Shown: one piece after another, positions 26,155 to 32,000 of the stretch | Layout: every line of letters starts with the position of its first letter | How positions within the stretch are numbered: position 1 is the stretch's first letter | NCBI GenBank assembly: GCA_013378385.1 | Contig: JACAFS010000001.1 | Span: forward strand, 1 to 32,000 | Length of the DNA stretch: 32,000 nt | From: Nitrososphaerota archaeon | GTDB taxonomy: Archaea; Thermoproteota; Nitrososphaeria; Nitrososphaerales; UBA57 | Reading direction: 5' to 3' | The notes under the pieces: model-generated | What the model was told of the DNA's origin: nothing | Databases searched by the model: none | Seen by the model: only the letters and a program-made list of their open reading frames with translations | Position numbers and translations under genes: made by a program

Positions 26155-26166
26155 GCAAGATTACTC

Positions 26167-26949
26167 TTGTTTATTAATCTCTTACGTTATGTAGGCGTCT
26201 ACAGGTTTTATGAAAATTATCTAAAAAATCAAATTAGTAAATCAAATCCTCCTGTTCATATTGCATTGATTTTAGATGGTAATAGACGATGGGCTAAATC
26301 TAAATTCATTCCTGAGTGGATGGGACATTTTGCAGGTGCAAACATTGTGGATGATTTATTAGATTGGTGTGTAGAATTAGATGTTAAAATAATTACTCTA
26401 TATGCTTTATCTGCTGAGAATCTAACTCGTCCACAACCTGAAGTAGATAGACTGTTTGAAATCATATCATCTAAATTGTCTGAATTGCTGAACGAACCAA
26501 AAATTGATCAATATCGCGTTCATGTTAAAGGATTGGGTGATTCATCACTTCTTCCAACTGAAATACAAGAAAAAATTAAGGAGATAGAAATCAAAACTCA
26601 AGATTACGACGGCCTATTCTTTAATTTAGCTCTTGCATACGGCGGTAGATCAGAGATATTAGAAGCTGTAAAGAATGTCGCAACTGAAGTGATAGATGGT
26701 TCTATTGAAATTGATAATATTACAAACGAAATGGTCGAAAATCATTTATCTACATCGCATCTCTCATCCCCAGAACCTGATTTAGTTATTAGAACTTCCG
26801 GAGAAGAACGTCTAAGCGGATTTCTTCTATGGCAAAGCGCCTATAGTGAATTGGTTTTTCTTGATGTTTATTGGCCTGACTTCCGAAAAATTGATTTAAT
26901 GCGAGCTATAAGAACATACCAAAATAGAAATAGGAGATATGGTGAATAA
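26167..26949 (+). CDS. uppS: cis-Prenyltransferase (undecaprenyl/dolichyl-type diphosphate synthase)
   Basis: HIALILDGNRRWAK, YALSAENLTRP, RTSGEERLSGFLLWQSAYSELVF. TTG start is required. Confidence 0.9.
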   Translation: MFINLLRYVGVYRFYENYLKNQISKSNPPVHIALILDGNRRWAKSKFIPEWMGHFAGANIVDDLLDWCVELDVKIITLYALSAENLTRPQPEVDRLFEIISSKLSELLNEPKIDQYRVHVKGLGDSSLLPTEIQEKIKEIEIKTQDYDGLFFNLALAYGGRSEILEAVKNVATEVIDGSIEIDNITNEMVENHLSTSHLSSPEPDLVIRTSGEERLSGFLLWQSAYSELVFLDVYWPDFRKIDLMRAIRTYQNRNRRYGE

Positions 26950-26963
26950 GGTGTGAGTATAAG

Positions 26964-27968
26964 ATGACAGTAACCGTTGCAGTTGGTGGATTTTATGGAG
27001 ATGAAGGTAAGGGTAAAATTGTAGCCTTTCTTTCGCTTAAAGACTCTCATTCTCTTGCAGTTCGCGGTGGCGTAGGACCAAATGCTGGTCATACTGTTAA
27101 CTTCGGCGATCAAGTTCTAAAATTAAGAATGCTTCCTAGTGCAGTTGTAAACAAATCTACTAAATTATTAATCGGCCCTGGCGTACTTGTAAACCCTGAT
27201 GTAACACTTAACGAAGCTACAAAATACGATGCATTAAATCGACTTGTTGTTGATAAAAGCTGTGCAATTATTGAAAAAAAACATATTGAATCTGATAAAT
27301 CTGGTTTTCTTGCTTCAAAAGTAGGAAGTACTGGCAGTGGTACTGGCCCTGCAAATTCAGATAGAATAATGAGAATTGCTAAATTAGCTAAAGACATCGA
27401 TGTATTCCAAAATTATATAGACGATGTTCCAGATATTGTAAATTCTACTATTGATTCAGGTAATGACGTTCTTGTTGAGGGAACTCAGGGTACATTTCTA
27501 TCCCTGTATTTTGGCAATTACCCTTTTGTAACTTCTAAGGATGTTACTGCATCCGCTATATGTTCTGACGTAGGCCTTGGACCAAAAAAAGTCGATGATG
27601 TTATTGTCATATTCAAAGCCTTTGTAACTCGGGTTGGCGAAGGCCCATTTACTGGTGAACTATCTCCTGAAGAGACAGAAAATCGAGGATGGGCTGAAAT
27701 AGGCACGGTCACTGGTAGAACTAGGCGTGCTGCTCCATTTGATTTCACTTTAGCAAAAAAGGCTATTATGCTAAATTCTGCTTCTAGTATTGCAATTACT
27801 AAACTTGATGTTCTTTACCCTTCTGCTCGTGGAGTAACAAAATACGAAGAATTAGATTCTCCTTCAAAGTCATTTATTGAAAATATCGAAAATGAACTAA
27901 AAATTAATGTTAGTCTTATTGGTACTGGTCCTGAAGTTTATGAAACGATCGATAGAAGGGTGAAATAA
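26964..27968 (+). CDS. purA: Adenylosuccinate synthetase (short archaeal form)
   Basis: GGFYGDEGKGKIV, GPNAGHTV, GSTGSGTGPA, EGTQGTFLS, VTGRTRR. Confidence 0.9.
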   Translation: MTVTVAVGGFYGDEGKGKIVAFLSLKDSHSLAVRGGVGPNAGHTVNFGDQVLKLRMLPSAVVNKSTKLLIGPGVLVNPDVTLNEATKYDALNRLVVDKSCAIIEKKHIESDKSGFLASKVGSTGSGTGPANSDRIMRIAKLAKDIDVFQNYIDDVPDIVNSTIDSGNDVLVEGTQGTFLSLYFGNYPFVTSKDVTASAICSDVGLGPKKVDDVIVIFKAFVTRVGEGPFTGELSPEETENRGWAEIGTVTGRTRRAAPFDFTLAKKAIMLNSASSIAITKLDVLYPSARGVTKYEELDSPSKSFIENIENELKINVSLIGTGPEVYETIDRRVK

Positions 27969-27987
27969 TTTATCATTCTCTAATAAG

Positions 27988-28719
27988 TTGAAAAAGATCT
28001 CAGAGATAAATCAAAGTCGCGTTATATTGTCATTAGATTTAACTTGTCCTCCTGAACAAATTCTTAAGAAATCAATTTCTTTAATCAAATCTACATCAAA
28101 TGATATATGCGCTGTTAAAATTAATCATCATTTATTGTTGCCCTTATCTCTAAACGACCTCAAAAGACTTTTATCGGTCATTCATAATAATAATCTACTT
28201 GCTATTGCAGATTTAAAATTAAATGATATCTCTGCTACAAATCTTATCGTAATTAAACATCTATGGAAAATGGGGTTTGACGCAATTATTGTTAATCCTT
28301 TTGTAGGATATTCTGAAGGATTAGATTCTCTATTGGAGAAATCTAAATCCAAGAATAAAGGAGTATTGTTTTTAGTTTATATGAGCCATGCAGGTGCTAA
28401 AGATGGTTATGGACTTGATATCCTGAAACAAGGTAAAAAAAAGAAATTATATACTGAATTTATAGAACGTGCTAAACTATGGCATGCCGACGGAATCATT
28501 GTGGGAGCCACTAAACCTAAACTTATTAAAGAAATCTCAAGTCTTACTCATAACAATTTGGATATCTACACACCTGGTATTGGCGCACAAGGTGGCGATG
28601 TGTCTAAATCAGTCAAATCCGGCGCTGATTATATAATTGTTGGACGTTCAATATTGAATTCTAGAAATCCTTCTCTCACTACTTCACGTATTCGGATTAA
28701 TTCTTGGCTAAATTCTTAA
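27988..28719 (+). CDS. pyrF: Orotidine 5'-phosphate decarboxylase
   Basis: VILSLDL, ADLKLNDI (DxKxxD), IIVGRSI. TTG start. The 3' end overlaps the convergent NUDIX gene by 23 nt. Confidence 0.8.
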   Translation: MKKISEINQSRVILSLDLTCPPEQILKKSISLIKSTSNDICAVKINHHLLLPLSLNDLKRLLSVIHNNNLLAIADLKLNDISATNLIVIKHLWKMGFDAIIVNPFVGYSEGLDSLLEKSKSKNKGVLFLVYMSHAGAKDGYGLDILKQGKKKKLYTEFIERAKLWHADGIIVGATKPKLIKEISSLTHNNLDIYTPGIGAQGGDVSKSVKSGADYIIVGRSILNSRNPSLTTSRIRINSWLNS

Positions 28720-29119
28720 TTAATTGACTTCCTTTCCTTAGTATATCTTTTGAATTATCAAAAGTAATCAATTTTAACACGTTATCATAGTCTTCCCATT
28801 TATAATCTAAGTGCTCAGATGATATTTTTACATCCTTTTGTTCTGTTTCAGCTAAGTAGTAAGACACAATTTTATGTACTCTTTTTGTTTTTTTATAATA
28901 ATGATATTCCACTTTTTCATTAAATCCTTTATGAAGTGTAATGCTGTTTATTCCAGTCTCTTCGAATAATTCTCGTTTCACTGTTTCTTCTTCTTTTTCT
29001 CCTTGTTCAATATTGCCTTTTACAAAATCCCAATGCCCAGATGGATATTTTAAGACGAGAAACTGAAGTTCTTCTGCCCTATTAAATAAAATTACTCCGG
29101 CTGACCTTTCTTCTAACAT
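28697..29119 (-). CDS. NUDIX hydrolase
   Basis: Nudix box GNIEQGEKEEETVKRELFEETGI. Confidence 0.85.
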   Translation of the reverse strand: MLEERSAGVILFNRAEELQFLVLKYPSGHWDFVKGNIEQGEKEEETVKRELFEETGINSITLHKGFNEKVEYHYYKKTKRVHKIVSYYLAETEQKDVKISSEHLDYKWEDYDNVLKLITFDNSKDILRKGSQLIKNLAKN

Positions 29120-29125
29120 CAGGTA

Positions 29126-29929
29126 TCATTTATGATAATCCATTTCATTCAATATATTATTTCCTAATATTTCCGTGCACGCTGTAACGTATGATGCCCC
29201 TTCTTTGGATAATATATTGAAATCATTTTGTTCATTGAGGAATTCTATGAATATTCCTGAACACTTCCCAATATACATTGCAGGTAGACAATCAAACGTT
29301 CTCAACTGTTTTGAAGGTGCAATAAAAGCATCTATCTTACCTGCTGCCACGAATACGTTCTCTATTATTGCAGAACCTAGTATTCTCTGCGCCTTAGTTT
29401 TTTCAAATATTTTCTGCATATGTTCATAAGATTTCCTTGCATTTCCTGATCTTATATTCAAATCTACAGCAATTACTGCTTCATTTAGTTTTTCTATGTT
29501 GTTTGGTTTTATTGTTGAATCATTGACTGTTGCTTTTTGCAGCTCACCCAAATACAAATCTCCTTGAATTATATCTATTACTCCTGATGCAATTATATCT
29601 GAAAATTTTTCTCCTTTCGCAATTGCAATAGTTGAACTAAAAAATGGAATCTGCCTTACCGAATTTAAACTTCCATCTAACGGATCAATTAATACGAATA
29701 TGTTGTTATTTCCTTCAATTATTCCTGTTTCTTCTGATACAATTGTCGCTCCTGGTATGTCCTTCTTAATTTCTTTTAGTATAGTTTTTTCTGCCAATAC
29801 ATCAATTTCATATTGCATATCCCCAAATGCATTTTTATCTAATTCACTATGATTTCCTTTAAAGTATCTATCTTTAATCGTATTTTGTGCTTTTATTAGT
29901 GTCTTTTCTATAATTTCCGAATAATTCAA
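29126..29929 (-). CDS. suhB: Inositol monophosphatase / fructose-1,6-bisphosphatase family protein
   Basis: VSEETG, LIDPLDGSLN and a C-terminal FDCLPAMYI region (the WD..A position). TTG start. Confidence 0.8.
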   Translation of the reverse strand: MNYSEIIEKTLIKAQNTIKDRYFKGNHSELDKNAFGDMQYEIDVLAEKTILKEIKKDIPGATIVSEETGIIEGNNNIFVLIDPLDGSLNSVRQIPFFSSTIAIAKGEKFSDIIASGVIDIIQGDLYLGELQKATVNDSTIKPNNIEKLNEAVIAVDLNIRSGNARKSYEHMQKIFEKTKAQRILGSAIIENVFVAAGKIDAFIAPSKQLRTFDCLPAMYIGKCSGIFIEFLNEQNDFNILSKEGASYVTACTEILGNNILNEMDYHK

Positions 29930-29968
29930 TTATATATTCATTGTTCAAAGAATCTTAAAAGCTTAATA

Positions 29969-31057
29969 TTGTATACTATTTTAAATTCATTTGTGCCAAA
30001 GGTAAAAGTAGCTCTTGCCGGTATAGGTAATTGCGCATCTGCATTAATTCAAGGTTTGGAATATTATCGGCAGAATCCTGAAGAAACTGTAGGATTAGTT
30101 GATTATTCTATTGGTGGAATAGAACCTAACGATATAGAATTTGTTGCTGCATTTGATGTTAACGATAAAAAAGTAGGTTTTGATCTTTCCAACGCTATTT
30201 TTGCACATCCAAATAATACTGCAAAAATTATAGACGTACCTAATCTTGGCGTTGAAGTAACTCGTGCTCCTGTTAAGGACGGTATAGGAAAATATCTAAA
30301 AGATGTAGTTGATGTACAAGATCCAAATGGCGCTGACGTTGTTGATATAATTAAAAGTTCCGGTGCAGATATATTGATTAATTATTTGCCTGTGGGAAGT
30401 ACTGACGCTACTAAATATTATGCTCAATGCGCTTTAGACTCTAATGTCGGTTTCATAAATTCAATGCCTGTTTTTATTGCCTCTAATCCTGAATGGCAAG
30501 CTAAATTTATTGATAAAGGACTTCCAATTGCCGGAGACGATGTCATGAGTCAATTGGGTGCCACTGTTGTTCATAAAAGTCTTATTAAATTATTTGTTGA
30601 ACGTGGAGTAAAAGTCGACGAAACCTATCAACTGAATATAGGCGGAGATGCTGATTTTCTTAATATGCTGGAAGAATCGCGATTAGTTGATAAGCGTGAA
30701 AGTAAAACCTCTGCCGTTCGTGCAATGTCTCCTTATCCTATTCCTACTCGAATTGGCCCTAGTGATTATGTAGATTTTCTTAAAAACGATAAGATCTGCT
30801 ATGTCTATATTAAAGGTCATTATTTCGGAAATATTCCTGTTACATTAGATTTGAAACTTCATGTCATGGATGCTTATAATAGTGGAGGGGTCATTGTGGA
30901 TGCCATCCGTGCTACTAAGGTTGCTTTAGATCGAAAAATCTCTGGACCATTGAACAGTATATCCGCTTATTGTTTTAAACATCCTCCTGTTCAAATGCCC
31001 TATGAAGAGGCAAAAACTGAATTTCTTGAATTCATTGCTGGTAATCGAGAACGTTAA
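29969..31057 (+). CDS. ino1: myo-Inositol-1-phosphate synthase
   Basis: KVALAGIGNCASALIQGLEYY, NYLPVGS, SQLGATVVHK, NIGGDADFLN. The start is TTG 29969 or GTG 29993; there is no ATG option. Confidence 0.85.
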   Translation: MYTILNSFVPKVKVALAGIGNCASALIQGLEYYRQNPEETVGLVDYSIGGIEPNDIEFVAAFDVNDKKVGFDLSNAIFAHPNNTAKIIDVPNLGVEVTRAPVKDGIGKYLKDVVDVQDPNGADVVDIIKSSGADILINYLPVGSTDATKYYAQCALDSNVGFINSMPVFIASNPEWQAKFIDKGLPIAGDDVMSQLGATVVHKSLIKLFVERGVKVDETYQLNIGGDADFLNMLEESRLVDKRESKTSAVRAMSPYPIPTRIGPSDYVDFLKNDKICYVYIKGHYFGNIPVTLDLKLHVMDAYNSGGVIVDAIRATKVALDRKISGPLNSISAYCFKHPPVQMPYEEAKTEFLEFIAGNRER

Positions 31058-31066
31058 ATCTCTTAT

Positions 31067-31744
31067 TTATCTACTCTCATCAAATAACTCATTTAATACA
31101 GAAAAAGTCCTTGCTACATCTTTTGTTTTTACTACAATTATTGTATCTGTAAAACAACTAACTGTATCTTCTATATTTATTTGTCTTTTAGCAACCTGTC
31201 CATATATTGTAAATACAAATCCTGGTACTGAGATTACCTCTATTGGGCTATGTACAATTATTGCCGCTAAATCATTTGAATCTTCTAATATCTCTGATTT
31301 ATTGAATATCTTCAATAATTTTTCTCTAAGTCTTTCAGAATATATTATTGTTAATGCTGAAGTTGCTTCCGAAATCTGAATAAATTCTTCATTATTTTTT
31401 AATATTACATTTTGTATATTTTCTTGATTGCGATCATTCTTTTTAACCGATAATTTAGCAACACCAGTTCTTACATTTATATCACTTTTTGCAATAACAT
31501 CTGTAATTTCATTATTGATTGACGTATACTTTGGAACAATTCTTTTTACAGCTGTTATTATTGCATCTTCATTAACTTCTGAAATTCCCATTTTCTCAAT
31601 CTTGGGTTTTAGTAATCTTGCTATTCCACTAATATTAGCATAATCTCTAGCTATTGAATCTTGTATTCCTAAATCTGATTCTATTAAATTTCTTGTAATT
31701 CTTGCAACAGATTGATTTATCTGTTTCTGGTCATCTATAGCCAA
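31067..31744 (-). CDS. ACT-domain protein, probable amino-acid-metabolism regulator (COG2150-like)
   Basis: The C-terminal AIIVHSPIEVISVPGFVFTIYGQVAKRQINIEDTVSCFTDTIIVVKTKDVARTF has an ACT-fold pattern. Divergent from argG. TTG start. Confidence 0.55.
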   Translation of the reverse strand: MAIDDQKQINQSVARITRNLIESDLGIQDSIARDYANISGIARLLKPKIEKMGISEVNEDAIITAVKRIVPKYTSINNEITDVIAKSDINVRTGVAKLSVKKNDRNQENIQNVILKNNEEFIQISEATSALTIIYSERLREKLLKIFNKSEILEDSNDLAAIIVHSPIEVISVPGFVFTIYGQVAKRQINIEDTVSCFTDTIIVVKTKDVARTFSVLNELFDESR

Positions 31745-31760
31745 TAATGGTCAATTATGA

Positions 31761-31776
31761 CCAAAAGATATTAAAA
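31761..31776 (+). promoter_or_regulatory. Candidate archaeal promoter for argG (purine-rich BRE-like ccaaaag + TATA-like atattaaaa)
   Basis: The TATA-like element is centred ~30 nt upstream of ATG 31802, implying a leaderless or very short-leader mRNA. Pattern only. Confidence 0.35.
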
Positions 31777-31801
31777 GGTTTCTTTACAAACTTCTCACAT
31801 A

Positions 31802-32000
31802 ATGTCCAAAAAAGTAGTTTTAGCATTTTCTGGAGGACTTGATACCTCTATCTCAGTTAGTTGGCTAAAGAAAAAGCATAATCTTGACGTAATTACTGCT
31901 ATTGTTGATATTGGTCAAGATGAAAACTTTGACGAAATTGAAAAAAAGGCCTACTCAATTGGCGCATCAAAACATTGTACTATTGATGCCAAACAAGAAT
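31802..32000 (+). CDS. argG: Argininosuccinate synthase, 5' fragment (runs off window)
   Basis: My translation is [41 protein letters not shown]..., which carries the AxSGGLDTS ATP-pyrophosphatase motif. Confidence 0.85.
   Translation, partial: MSKKVVLAFSGGLDTSISVSWLKKKHNLDVITAIVDIGQDENFDEIEKKAYSIGASKHCTIDAKQE

Noticed and set aside
31002-31379. 125-aa plus-strand ORF overlapping the MIPS 3' end and the ACT-domain gene
   Set aside because: Low-complexity antisense translation. The minus-strand ACT-domain ORF is longer and has a recognisable fold pattern.
1-32000. Search for tRNA, rRNA, CRISPR arrays and defence systems
   Set aside because: The window is almost fully occupied by protein-coding genes. 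Once the rnhB C-terminus is translated, the largest non-coding gap is about 90 nt. I saw no GC-rich cloverleaf-like islands and no spaced direct repeats. No nuclease, ATPase or toxin-type gene combinations suggested a defence system.

Overview
AT-rich, almost gap-free archaeal chromosome segment with about 33 genes and intergenic gaps mostly under 80 nt. Archaeal-type informational genes (Nop5, fibrillarin, ribosomal protein eS30, class I LysRS, RNase HII) plus a Rieske/cytochrome b pair suggest a Nitrosopumilus-like thaumarchaeon; this is inference only. Layout: 1-2142 Rieske protein and cytochrome b. 2144-4095 a two-gene split MetE-type methionine synthase. 4145-4696 an XRE-HTH/CBS regulator. 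4776-18339 a 12-gene sugar-nucleotide/glycan island: nucleotidyltransferase, two NDP-sugar 6-dehydrogenases, three GT-B proteins, TIM-barrel isomerase, NeuB-like synthase, NeuA-like cytidylyltransferase, SDR, PIG-L deacetylase, SAM methyltransferase. 18374-32000 housekeeping genes: lysK, eS30, nop5-flpA, rnhB, THEP1-like NTPase, coiled-coil protein, DUF373, uppS, purA, pyrF, NUDIX, IMPase, MIPS, ACT protein, 5' end of argG. Most notable observations: (i) one ORF fuses a CMP-ulosonic-acid synthetase (NeuA-type) domain to a LarA-type nickel-pincer racemase/epimerase domain. It lies 3 nt downstream of a SAF-less NeuB homologue, in an island without the canonical sialic/legionaminic/pseudaminic upstream enzymes, so it is a candidate for an undescribed acidic-sugar pathway. 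(ii) rnhB is interrupted by an in-frame TGA exactly at the conserved Ser of the AAAS-IIAK motif. (iii) A perfect 12-bp x8 tandem repeat encodes (KTEE)n ahead of the Tat motif of the Rieske protein. (iv) A CBS-pair/NDP-sugar dehydrogenase fusion. (v) Roughly 40 percent of starts are non-ATG, mostly TTG. No tRNA, rRNA, CRISPR array, transposase or integrase was recognised. All homology statements come from motif recognition by eye, not from database searches.
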